Positions 1-9,976 of a stretch of 20,000 nucleotides of DNA are shown here, piece after piece; within the stretch, counting starts at the first letter, position 1; each line of letters opens with the position of its first letter. Location of the stretch: NCBI GenBank assembly GCA_009602735.1, contig WELA01002777.1, forward strand, positions 145,177 through 165,176. Reading direction: 5' to 3'. The notes beneath the pieces were generated by a model. The model had not been told where the DNA came from and made no database searches. It saw only the letters and a list, made by a program, of their open reading frames with translations. This DNA is from Mesotaenium endlicherianum (Eukaryota). The position numbers and the translations under genes are program-made.

Positions 1-2
1 AC

Positions 3-2969
3 CCTACTGCTGCAAAAATTGTTGCTCAGTACACTGATGTGTTTAACATGCCTCCAGGACTACCCCCTAAAAGGGAAGTAGATCATAGGATTGATCTATT
101 ACCTGGTAGCCAGCCACCCTGGCAACGCACTTATGGCTTGTCTTATTTGGAGAGCGAGGAGTTGAAAACACAGATTGCAGAGCTGGAGGAAAATGGTTAC
201 ATTTCTCCCAGTAAATCACCGTACGGCGCACCTATCCTATTTGTTAAGAAAAAGGATGGCAGTATGCGGATGTGTGTGGATTACAGAGCCCTGAACAGAA
301 TTACAGTAAAGAACAAGTATGCTTTACCCAGAATCGAGGACTTGCTTGATACCCTGTCTGGCGCTAAGGTGTTCAGTAAGATAGATCTCAAGAGTGGTTA
401 TCATCAAATCAGAATTGCTGAGGGGGATGAACACAAGACTGCTTTCCGCACACGTTATGGACACTATGAGTTCAACGTGATGCCATTTGGACTGACTAAT
501 GCTCCTGCTACCTTTATGGGTGCTATGAATGACATTTTCAGACCTTATTTGGATAAGTTTGTGCAAGTTTTCCTGGATGATATTTTAATTTTCTCTAAAG
601 ATGAAGCTCAGCACACTGAACACTTAAAGGAAGTGCTGGACACTCTGCGGAAAAATCACTTGTATGCTAAAATGAGCGAGTGTGATTTCTTTAAAGAAAG
701 TATTGAATTCTTAGGCCACGTTGTCAGTTAAGAGGGCATCAGTGTGGATCCTAAGAAAGTCCAGACCATAAGGGACTGGCCAGTACCACAGTCTGTCTCT
801 GAAGTTAGATCCTTCCTCGGGTTGGCTAACGACTATAGGAGATTTATTGAGAATTATTCCACAAAGGCCAGTAAACTGACTGACCTTACTAAGAAAGACA
901 TCGGGTATGTGTGGGGGGAAGAGCAGCAGGCTGCCTTCCAGACCCTTAAAGATGCCCTTTGTTCTGCCCCAGTGCTAGCCGTGTATGACCCCAGCAAACC
1001 GGTGCAGGTGGTTACTGATGCCTCTGATTTTGCCATGGGTGCTATTTTGTCGCAGCCTGCTGACAAAACCACAAAGGATGGTAAGGTACGGCAGGAGTGG
1101 CATCCTGTGTTGTATGAGTCTATGAAATTTAATCCAGCGGAGATTAATTACTCAGTGCATGATAAAGAGCTGCTAGCTATCATTCATGTACTCAAACAGT
1201 GGAGAGCATACTTACATGGTAAAGCTTTTAAGGTGATTACAGATCATCTAGCTCTGACCCACTTTCAGAAGAAGTCCAAGCTGTCGAGGAGGGAGAACCG
1301 CTGGAGCCAGATGCTGGAGCAGTTCCAAGTCCAAATCGACTACAAACCAGGGAAGTTGAATCCTGCTGATGCACTCTCTAGAAGACCTGACTTGCAAGAA
1401 AGGAACTTTAGTCAGCATGCTGTAGATAAAGTCCTGTGTGCACTCACTTCACTAAAGGTGAAAAAGTCCTTCCTTGAACAACTTAGGAAAGCCTACCTTT
1501 CTGACCCAACATTTGAGCCCAGCCCCACTACTGGTGTGTGTCGTGCTACTGCACTCGGGTATAAGCTTAAGGGAGGGGTCTGGGTGACTGAAACCACTTC
1601 AGGCAGGCTGAAGCTGGTCATTCCTAATAACTTGGAAATAAGGTCTCTCTTACTGAGTCAAGCTCATGACAGTCTCCTGGGTGGACATTTGGGGCAGGCC
1701 AAAACTGTTGGCAAACTGGCAAAACATTATCATTGGGAGGGGTTACCCCGGGAGGTCTTGAAATATGTCAAGTCCTGTGACCAGTGTCAGAGAAATAAGT
1801 CTCGGCACACACCACCCGGAGGTCTCTTGCAACCGCTACCCATCCCAGCGGGACGCTGGGAAACTATATCCATGGACTGGGTGGTCTCACTACCAAGAAC
1901 TGCCAACGGGCATGATTCAATACTGGTAGTCGTGGATAAACTGACAAAAATGGTCATTTTTATCCCCACAACTGTCAAAGTGACTGCACTCGAAACAGCG
2001 AGACAGTTTTACAACCATGTAGTATGCCAACATGGGCTCCCTTCTAATATCATCTCAGACAGAGACTCAAAATTCACCTCTAAGTTCTGGAGAGCTTTAA
2101 TGGGGTTAATGGGAGTCAAACAGCTGCTCAGCACAGCAAACCACCCTCAGACTGATGGGCAGACTGAAAGAACTAACCGAGTTCTGCAGGAGGTGCTGAG
2201 AGCATATATTAACCAAAAACAAGATAATAGGGATGACCTGTTGCCTCAAATTCAGTTTGCGGTCAACAGTGAGGTGCACGCGTCAACGGGCAAAACTCCT
2301 TTTGAACTCAGCCTGGGTAGAGTCCCTAAGTCTCCTCTATATGTGCTAGGGGAATCTTCAACTCACCCTGAAGGGATTGACAACCCGGTCTCCCTCCAGT
2401 TAATTCAGGAGTTTGCTGACACCCTGTCAGAAGTCCAACGAAACTTGCACACGGCCCAAGAAAACCAACAAAAATACGCTAATCAACACCGTCGGGAACT
2501 GACATTTTCCAAGGGGGATTTAGTCAAACTGCATTCTCAGCACCTGTACCTCCCTGGTGTGGTCAAGAAAAAGCTTGGCCCTGTCTGGGTCGGTCCATAT
2601 TCGGTGGTCCGTCGTGTCGGTCAGAATGCTTACAAACTGAACATGTCAGCTGAATACAAGGGGCACCCGGTCTTTAATGTCTCCTTCCTGGAACCGTACA
2701 TCAAAGGTGATACACTGTTCACAGGTCGGTTCCCTGTCCAACCGGGACCGGTCCCCGCTGTCCGGGACGGCGACCCTGAGGAATATGAGGTCGATGAGAT
2801 TTTAGACGCTCGCTCGGTCCGTCGATCGTCTAAATATGTCATGAAATACCTCATTCGATGGAAGGGTTACGATGCCTCTGGGGACACTTGGGAGTTTAAG
2901 GACCACTTGACCAATGCCAAAGGGGCGTTGACACGGTTCCACCTTCGGGCCGCTGGAGTCCCTCCATAA
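3..2969 (+). pseudogene. pol: Gypsy pol (RT, RNase H, integrase, chromodomain) with an in-frame TAA at 729-731
   Basis: ORFs 39..731 and 744..2969 are in the same frame. RT motifs [20 protein letters not shown] and FLDDILI; RNase [11 protein letters not shown] and ADALSRR; integrase HHCC (HDSLLGGH...CDQC), SMDWV, SDRD, GQTER and a GPY motif. Some usually conserved residues are altered (ANDYRRF, QDNRDD), consistent with decay. Confidence 0.95.
2784..2943 (+). other. C-terminal chromodomain of integrase (group I-like, aromatic cage retained)
   Basis: [10 protein letters not shown]...[25 protein letters not shown] matches the HP1-type chromodomain pattern Y-E-V-x-x-I...Y-L-x-x-W-K-G-Y...T-W-E. 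Confidence 0.9.
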
Positions 2970-3017
2970 CTGTCATTTCAGTTGACACGGGAAGGTGACA
3001 GGCGGTCCTGTCTCCAT

Positions 3018-3032
3018 TTAAGTTGGAGGGGA
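3018..3032 (+). promoter_or_regulatory. Internal PPT-like copy downstream of pol
   Basis: TTAAGTTGGAGGG is identical to 5012-5024 and is preceded by a GACAGG/CCTGTC hairpin (2997-3012). Confidence 0.65.
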
Positions 3033-3205
3033 AAATATATGACAGTTAGTGAGCGAGAGCGATAAAAACACACTCATACGTTTATGTGTAGCGCATCGCA
3101 ACTACGTCAACTTTTAGCAATCATCCTGTAAGGTAAACAGCAGCGAAGCCACTATACTAAATACTAACATACTTCCTGCAATCCCTATGACAAAGGTCCA
3201 TATCC

Positions 3206-3236
3206 TACTAACTTGTGCCCTGGTTACATGTGCAGG
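3206..3236 (+). promoter_or_regulatory. Candidate branch point (TACTAAC 3206-3212) and 3' splice site (TGCAG|G 3231-3236) upstream of the extra ORF
   Basis: Perfect TACTAAC with its branch A 24 nt before the end of CAG. A second TACTAAC lies at 3162-3168 and a possible donor AG|GTAAAC at 3133. Confidence 0.5.
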
Positions 3237-4913
3237 ATGGCGCCCACCACACAAAAGGAGGACAGAAAGCGCAAGGCAGAAGAAGCCAGGAGGACAATGG
3301 AGCAATACCAGAAGGAGCTGGCGGCGACGTCCCTCACCAGGAGAGAACAAGAAAGGGTCCGCAAACAACAAGAGGCGGCAGAAGAGGCACAGAGGAAGAA
3401 GGATCAGGAAGCGGAAAACCTCAGGAAGGCTGAGGAGGAGAGACAGAAGAAACAGCAAGAAGAAGCGGCAGCGGCAGAAGAGGAGAAAAGAAAAAAGATT
3501 GAAGCGGACAGACAGAAGAGCTTGGCCACTTACAGGTATACTGTGGTGGGTGGCCAAAACTTCGATAACCTGAAGGAAGCATTGCTGGCAGCCCAGGAGA
3601 TCAACAGGCTGGAACAGACAACACTGCTACAGAAGGAAGGAGCTACAGCACTGGACAGGTACATCGAGACACACACCGGCGTGGTCCTTTACGAAGATTA
3701 TGCTAAGATGGTGGGCTATACAGCAGAGCAGGCCCGGTATCTCGCAGATGATTCAGAGGACAAGCCGGTCCCCATACCGGGAATAGTGGGAGATCAGAGA
3801 CTCATCCGGATGGTGAGCATGCGGCCCGATAGCTTTAAGGATACGGTATTCTACCTCACACTCCTGCCAGCTTACAATGAAGTTGAGAGAAGGAGCTGGG
3901 AGTACTTGGCCAGGGAAGCAGGACAGCAGATGTTCTCTCCCCACTGGTTCCCGTGTAAACTGAGGAAGGCTGAGCACGGACCCCAGTACTACCAGCAGCC
4001 AACAGACTGGAGGTGGATGACCGTCACAAATAAGAAGCAGGAGTGTGACCGAGCCCAACCGGATGACTTCCACTATGGCCTAGACGGCTATCTCATCCTA
4101 CCACCTCACATTGCCCCTTGGGACCCCAGGCTGAATGGATGCCTGAGCAATATGAATGCAGAGACCAAGGAACATAGGAGGAGGGGAAGAGACTACTTCT
4201 CTAAGGGAAAGCATGCCTTTGTCAAATGGGCAAAGAATGCAGGCCGGATAGATATCAGTAGGCTGAAGGCCAAGCAACCTCCAGCGCGCCCTAAGAAAGG
4301 GAGGTCGGTAGACTACTCCATGTCTACTAGGGAGCAGGACGACTTAGTGGACGAGACCCCTACTCTCTCCGAGGAGGAGGATGAGGAGGATGAGGAAGAA
4401 GAACAAGGCAGAGGAGAAGCATCAGCAGCAGGTACTCAGGATACCCAGCGACAGGCAGTGGCACTTCCTAAAGAACCACGATCAGGTGTGTGGAATGTGA
4501 TCCCCGTTATGGCGACAACTGGACCCCGCGCTCGCTCCCCCAGCCCACCTGCCCAAGCAGGGGAAGAAGCTGATCTGACTGTACTGGGCAGCAGACACAG
4601 ACAGAAATCCCCAGAGGACAGGGGTGCCAGAAGAGGGACACGCGGGTGGGCCAGAGGTATGCCAGCCTCCCCCTCCGCTCAGGGGCATGTACCTCTAGCC
4701 AATGTATTTCAGCATCCTACTGGAATGCCTGTCTATGTGGGCATCAACACCCAAGTGGTTGAAGAGCAGGCTACCATCCTTCGTTCTCCTCGAGGTCCAA
4801 CTTTAGAGCAAACCGGGTTCTTTAGAAGGCCAGCTGACAGACCTAGAGGGCTGTCCAGATCTAGGTCCAGATCTCCGTCCCCTGATCCTGAAGCCCCAGG
4901 AACCACCCCTTAA
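3237..4913 (+). CDS. Extra ORF of chromovirus A (558 aa, unknown function): N-terminal coiled coil, central aromatic-rich domain, acidic tract, RS/SP-rich disordered tail
   Basis: Uninterrupted 1.7-kb frame between pol and the 3' PPT/LTR. ATG at 3237 is in a good context (AGGATGG) directly after a candidate 3' splice site. No signal peptide or transmembrane segment is apparent. Confidence 0.8.
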   Translation: MAPTTQKEDRKRKAEEARRTMEQYQKELAATSLTRREQERVRKQQEAAEEAQRKKDQEAENLRKAEEERQKKQQEEAAAAEEEKRKKIEADRQKSLATYRYTVVGGQNFDNLKEALLAAQEINRLEQTTLLQKEGATALDRYIETHTGVVLYEDYAKMVGYTAEQARYLADDSEDKPVPIPGIVGDQRLIRMVSMRPDSFKDTVFYLTLLPAYNEVERRSWEYLAREAGQQMFSPHWFPCKLRKAEHGPQYYQQPTDWRWMTVTNKKQECDRAQPDDFHYGLDGYLILPPHIAPWDPRLNGCLSNMNAETKEHRRRGRDYFSKGKHAFVKWAKNAGRIDISRLKAKQPPARPKKGRSVDYSMSTREQDDLVDETPTLSEEEDEEDEEEEQGRGEASAAGTQDTQRQAVALPKEPRSGVWNVIPVMATTGPRARSPSPPAQAGEEADLTVLGSRHRQKSPEDRGARRGTRGWARGMPASPSAQGHVPLANVFQHPTGMPVYVGINTQVVEEQATILRSPRGPTLEQTGFFRRPADRPRGLSRSRSRSPSPDPEAPGTTP

Positions 4914-5011
4914 GGTGACAGGCTGAAAAGATAGTCAGTAAGGGAGGCTGGTCAGGGTCAGTTTCTTTATTTAAAGCTTTTGCAGTTTAATGTTGTCGAG
5001 GCGACAACAAG

Positions 5012-5026
5012 TTAAGTTGGAGGGAT
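5012..5026 (+). promoter_or_regulatory. Polypurine tract of family A
   Basis: TTAAGTTGGAGGGAT directly abuts the LTR start TGTA and is preceded by the hairpin TGTTGTCG-AGG-CGACAACA (4991-5009). Confidence 0.9.
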
Positions 5027-5770
5027 TGTAATGAATCAGTATATTAGTAGATATAATATTCATTTAAATATAATAGTTAATTTAGTTCAGCCTGCTGAAC
5101 TTTAGTTAGTAGTCAGTCTGCTGAACTTTAGTTAATAATCAGTCTGCTGGACTTTACATAATTATCAGTTTAATGACTCGGCCAAAAGCAGCAGGCTGAA
5201 GTCAACTTAAGTCAGCTTGCTGACACATTCTTTGACAGCCAGCTGACTTCCGTACTCGGTAGCAGCGAACTGCCTTGATATGCATCTAAGTGCGATATGC
5301 TAGATGAATGGCCAGATGACATCCCTATGATGGATGGCTATTCGGGATGATGGGAGATGGCGGTGGATTTGGTTAACCGAGGTCCTACCAACGTGGTTAA
5401 CTCCCGGGTAGGCGGTGCCATCGCACTGACCGTTGAACAGTAAACTCATTCCATGTACATATGCTAGGCATTGCTCTCGAGTTCGGCATTCGGAAACGAG
5501 GCCAACTCTCTTGTACAGCTTACTGAGAGAACTCTGAATCCAAGGCGAGAAGCCATTGATACGCACTGTCTTCTAACCTTGCTTATGTATGAGTTTACTG
5601 ATTTGCATCATTGATGCTAGTTTACTCGCATTTGACTTACGAGTATTATTCCCTGCTAGTGTATTGTCCTTTGCCGTTTAACTAGTTAACGGAAATACCA
5701 TAAGATTACTTGCTGATATAAAGATCTTTATTAATTGTTAATCGCCTATTTGGTAAGTCGATTCATTTCA
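5027..5770 (+). repeat. 3' LTR of family A (744 bp)
   Basis: TG...CA ends with imperfect terminal inverted repeats. Close inverted copy at 16786-17496. Contains three ~26-bp TCAGYCTGCTGRACTTTA repeats (about 5087-5156). Confidence 0.95.
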
Positions 5771-5783
5771 TATCTAGTGTTAA
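5771..5783. mobile_element. Orphan piggyBac-type terminus (CTAGTG|TTAA) immediately after LTR A
   Basis: TATCTAGTG-TTAA has the same CTAGTG|TTA(A/G) end as 8930, 13778 and 15319. Confidence 0.55.
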
Positions 5784-6390
5784 AGTCCTTCGGCGTGATT
5801 AAGGTCAAAAGAACCTCGTGTCCCTTCCTCACAAGTCCCTTGAGTTGGAGGGTGGACAATAGTATCTCGTGTTTCGGCTCCTTAATGCCTTGGGTTTGGG
5901 TATTATGGATTGCGCGCAAGATCTAGATTCTTGAAGTAATATTTCTTTTGATTTTGATGTTATCCTCCCTTCAATCAACTGGGAATTGTGCTTGATCAAC
6001 CAAGGCATCCCTAGGATGACCTCATACTTGCCCACTTGCTTGGGGGAGAACACTACTCTATCCATGAAGAACTTGATAGAGAGTGCCAAGGGGTATGTCT
6101 TTTTGGACGGGGTAGTATAGGAGAATTTGTTGGTCATCATTATCTCCTCGTTGTGGTCAAGAGTGCGCTTTGTATTACAATACTTGGTGACAAAATCTGC
6201 AATGATGAAGTTACCTTGAGCTATGCTATCCATCAAGATGTGGACCTTCTCTCCTCCAAGGTAACCTGTCAACTTCTTGGGGTTGGAACGTCGTCTTCAA
6301 TGGGGATTTCCACCTCACTTGACGTGTTGTCTTCTCGTGAAGTAGGTCAAGAGGTGCTGGCCTACCGGCGCTCTCTGGTTTTTGACAATT
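5784..6390 (-). pseudogene. Decayed gypsy gag-pol fragment (aspartic protease region)
   Basis: ORF 5829..6272: VHILMDSIAQGNFI (degenerate LxDSGA) ... YEVILGMPWLIKHN, typical of retrotransposon proteases. Confidence 0.8.
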
Positions 6391-6798
6391 AAAGTACTGT
6401 ATATGAATAAATTACTTAAATTAATATTTAAATACTGTATCTGTCGATAGTGAATATTTCTGCTACTACTATGGGTCCAATAGAATGTGTATAACATGCA
6501 AGTAATTCATTCACAGTCTGTGCATAACTAACATAAACACTCTAAATCAAGAATGAAGCCCATTGAAGATTTAGGCAAGAAGTTATGCAGGTTGAAGTGA
6601 GAGAGTGCACCCATAGCAAAATTTTGTAAGAAAGCAGTTTCTCGCCTAAAATTAAATTCACAACAAAGTATCATATCCCACTGCTTACTCATGCAAATAC
6701 TATAAAACAAGATGCATATGACTCACAAAATGCTACAAAAATATAAAAGTCAACAGTTTTATTTTAATATACACACACAATTATGAAGAATTATTTAA

Positions 6799-8930
6799 CA
6801 CTAGCTTTACTGCCTATAAGACCAAAACGGACACCACAACAGCCTATTTTTGAATGCTCATACTAAAATCAAAGCTTATGTGGCACATAAGAGCCATATA
6901 TATACTTAATCTACTTTGAGTAAGCAATCTGGCAATGTACTTCTTCCGATTTTTCTGCGATTTTTTAGTGTACTTTTTTGTACTACAAGGGAAGCACACG
7001 CGTGAGGTCCGACAATTACATTTCTTCTCAGCACAATATCCGAAAAAGTACAACTTATCTTTAGGTCTTGATTTTTTCCAGCATACATCCTGATGTAAGG
7101 AAGACACCGCACTTCACAGATATGTAATTCATTTAGTATCTTGGCTGCTACACCAGCCCAAAGTTTGGAACCCAATTGACACCAAGTTTTTTGGTCATTG
7201 GTTTCATAAGGAAACTAAGAAGTGCATCATGCACATTCATGGTTTGGTGCATAACTTTTGCAATTCTTGATGAAAATCATTGAAATAAGTTCAAGCATAC
7301 TTAAAATACCCTACACAAGCATTCTAAACATAAAGCACCAAAAAGACGTAAAGCAGAAATTATGAGTCTTGTCATATATGGCTTCATGGTCGAAGCGTCG
7401 AAAAGTCCGGTCTATGGCAGATGGTGTGAGCAAAAAAAACATTAGTCATAGAGTTATGCACCTATCATCCATGCTACTGCTTAGGGGCACCAGTGGGCAA
7501 CCTCTTCCTACCACAATCTAGATGCTCTATATTTCTGGTAGTGTGAAAAATCTCAAAGCAGGAAGTGGGATGTAAGGCAACGTTACAAGGTATACACATG
7601 AATTGGCACCTCTTCTTCCTTACTGCAGCTCCTAAGTCAAAGTACTTTAGCACTACACACCACACAGCTTGCCCTTTCTCCTTTCTTCACCTTGCTAGGA
7701 AAGTGCCTCCCAGTCCATCTCTGCTCTCCAGCAGCTCCTGCTGCACTTGACCTGGTCTGCCTGTTGCAAGGATGTTAATTTCGACATCTGCCTCACTAGC
7801 TGCATCATGAACAAGTATCTGTCAACACCAGGGTGGGCCAGCTCATACAATATGTATGGGTTAGCAATGGCACCATCAAACAAGTACTCCTCTCTGTTGT
7901 TGGCAGGCTCCTCAGCTTCTTCTTCCTCAGCAACAGCAGGCACCATTGGCACTCCTTCAGACTCCAGCTCTGTGTCTGAGCTATACTCCTCTTCATCTGA
8001 CTCCCTATATTTCTTCTTGCTGTAGCTCCTCTTTGCCTCCTCTTAGCAGTCTCCTATGCCACTACCACCTTGTTCCTTCTCTCTTCCCTGTTAGCAGGCA
8101 CAGACATGTCTGGTCCTATCTGTTTTGATGATCTTTCTCTTTTCCGTGTTGACTCTACTAATTCCAAGCCTGTTTTTTACTCTTCCTCAATGTTTGTTGT
8201 GTCTGCTACTGGTGTGGGAGTGTCTTCTGGTGGTGTGGGAGTATCTTCTGGTTCAGGGGGTGTGTTTACAATGCTAAGAGTGACTTGAATCACATGAGAT
8301 GCAGGAAGCTGTGAAAGTGGCTCCGAAGAGGCCTCAACTCTAACAACTCCCTCATATGGGCAAAACCAACGAAGTTTGGGGATTGAAGGCATGTATTGTA
8401 GTATCTGCTTGCGTCCCCATGTTTTGTACTCTCCATCATAGCCAAAATAGATCTTAAACTTAATTTCTTTGGTCTTATGCACCTCTTTCTCTAAGATTCC
8501 GACCAAAAAAAACTCTTTGTAGTGCTCTCCAAACTCTTGTGCTGCCCAAGTTTCACCCCAAATCTTACAAGGTGTTAGTATTTTAGTGCCTACGGCTACC
8601 GTGGGGCCTGTAGACAAAGAAGCAATGTCAACCATAGCTTCTGTAGCATGCAAAGCGAAAGAAATGACAGGCAGAAGGAGGCCTCTTCGAAGGTCAAAAT
8701 TGGAACAGAAAGTGACCTCTTCTTGGCCGGCAAACTTACACAACTTCGTCAAAAATTGGCCGTTAGGGCTAAAACTAATTTGCCGGAGGAGTTTGAGTTA
8801 TGAAATATCCAATGAGCCTATTTTCAGACAATTCTGATTAAAAAGTATGCTAAGGGGGTGTAGAGTTTTGCCTACTTATGGGACATAATTTGGTTCCGAA
8901 ACCAAAATAGGACCCACAGAATAGCTAGTG
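6799..8930 (-). mobile_element. Non-autonomous (internally deleted) piggyBac-like element, 2132 bp
   Basis: TTAA|CACTAGCT ... AGCTAGTG|TTAG (8-bp terminal inverted repeat, near-perfect TTAA target). Contains the N- and C-terminal parts of a transposase but no catalytic core. Confidence 0.85.
7474..8635 (-). pseudogene. piggyBac-like transposase remnant 1 (N-terminal domain and acidic region fused to the C-terminal Cys-rich domain; DDD core deleted near 7888)
   Basis: ATG at 8635 (MVDIAS...GTKILTPCKIWG...). After a stop, RKRERSSKQ..DMSVPANREE is homologous to copy 2. It then jumps to LFDGAIANPYILY...CQFMCIPCNVALHPTSCFEIFH, homologous to 9022-9444. Several stops and frameshifts. Confidence 0.85.
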
Positions 8931-9472
8931 TTAGATGGAAAAATATCAAACTGTCGCAAACTTGAGCACTTAGTGCCTATAAATTGTCTCTTGCTGCCTG
9001 TATGGACTCAACTGAAGCTACTTATTTCCTGCTCTTCTTATTAGGCATCTTGAAAGGTCCCTCATCCACATGGGGGATCTTCCTATCATTATGGAACATC
9101 TCGAAGCAAGGCACAGCACATAGCGTTACGCTGCAAGACGAGCAGTAGTAAGAGGGCCTGACCTTTCGACCAGCAGCGCCTTCAGGCCACTTCCTGGACT
9201 TGCACACCACACAGATAGGCCTTGTCCCATCTGGCACCCAGTCAGGAAAGTGCCTAGCAGTCCACCTCTGCTCCCCTGCCCTTCCTCCATGGGCCGACCG
9301 ATGCTGCCTGTTCCTCGTGAACTCGTAATTTATCATGCCTCTCACAACTTCCAACATAAAGTTGTACCTGTTGGCGTTAGGATGTGCCATGTTATACAAT
9401 ATGAATGCATTTGCAAGAGCCCCATCAAACAGCCCCCAGTACAACCTGTGCCACCACTTGAAGCTGACCTGC

Positions 9473-9976
9473 TGTAGTGATTTGAGTTATAATATATTAG
9501 TTTGCATATATTGTAATGCTTTTGAATATATGTGGAGTAGTATTGTGTGGCGTCAAGTGCGAATAGATACTCTAGTGACTTGGTTCATGTCCTTTGAACC
9601 TTCTAAGGCGTTTTTCGAAGTTAGAGGAAGGACCTAGACGAACTCCGTGTGGCAAAAGTCAAATGTGCCATATTCAAGTCAAAAGAACATGTGTACATTA
9701 CATTAGAAAGAGGTGGCAAGATTTGGGATGTGTTGGGTGCCAACACATCAACATGCACCTTCCTAGAAATTACTTATGTAGCAAGTATATAAACAAGAGC
9801 TAGAACATAGAAAGACATTCTAGAATCATTCTTGTACTTGCCAAATTCCAGAAATATATTAACTTTCAAGAAGCCATCTCTCTTTCAAGAAGCTACCACT
9901 TGTGTTCAAAGATCCTTGTCTTGAATAGATAAAGTATTATATTTCACTAAGTACTTTATCTATCTGTTTCACTACA
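9473..9976 (+). mobile_element. Solo LTR, family B (504 bp), inserted in the piggyBac transposase
   Basis: TGTAGTGA...TCACTACA termini; 5-bp TSD CCTGC at 9468-9472 and 9977-9981; homologous to 11601-12103 and 14693-15197. Confidence 0.95.

Larger units (their letters stand above)
1..5770 (+). mobile_element. Ty3/Gypsy chromovirus LTR retrotransposon (family A), 5'-truncated by the window edge
   Basis: RT-RNaseH-integrase-chromodomain order, extra 3' ORF, PPT at 5014-5026, then an LTR TGTAATGAA...TTCATTTCA (5027-5770) whose boundaries are confirmed by a solo copy with TSD at 16786-17496. Confidence 0.95.

Noticed and set aside
729..731. Programmed readthrough at the TAA within pol
   Set aside because: It lies inside the conserved RT segment (GHVVS*EGISVDP), where readthrough is not known. 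Other inactivating-type substitutions are present, so a nonsense mutation is the simpler explanation.
3040..3110. Hammerhead ribozyme (TGAGCGAGAGCGATA resembles stem II)
   Set aside because: The required CUGANGA and GAAA core nucleotides are not present.
3114..3573. Hydrophobic 147-aa (minus strand) and Arg-rich 128-aa (plus strand) overlapping ORFs
   Set aside because: These are shadow frames of the purine-rich coiled-coil coding sequence.
3237..4913. Calling the extra ORF env
   Set aside because: It has no signal peptide or transmembrane segment; its composition is charged and disordered.
5300..5566. 88-aa antisense ORF conserved in both A LTRs (also 16992..17258)
   Set aside because: It has a non-ATG start and no recognisable motif; the conservation is explained by LTR nucleotide identity.
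5843..5852. Third PPT-like AGTTGGAGGG
   Set aside because: It is not followed by an LTR and lies antisense within a decayed pol fragment, so it is probably coincidental.
8970..8982. TTAGTGCCTATAA as the missing end of piggyBac 2 (12/13 match to 6807-6819)
   Set aside because: There is no TTAA-CACTAG terminus at the expected position; at most it is a subterminal motif or a chance match.
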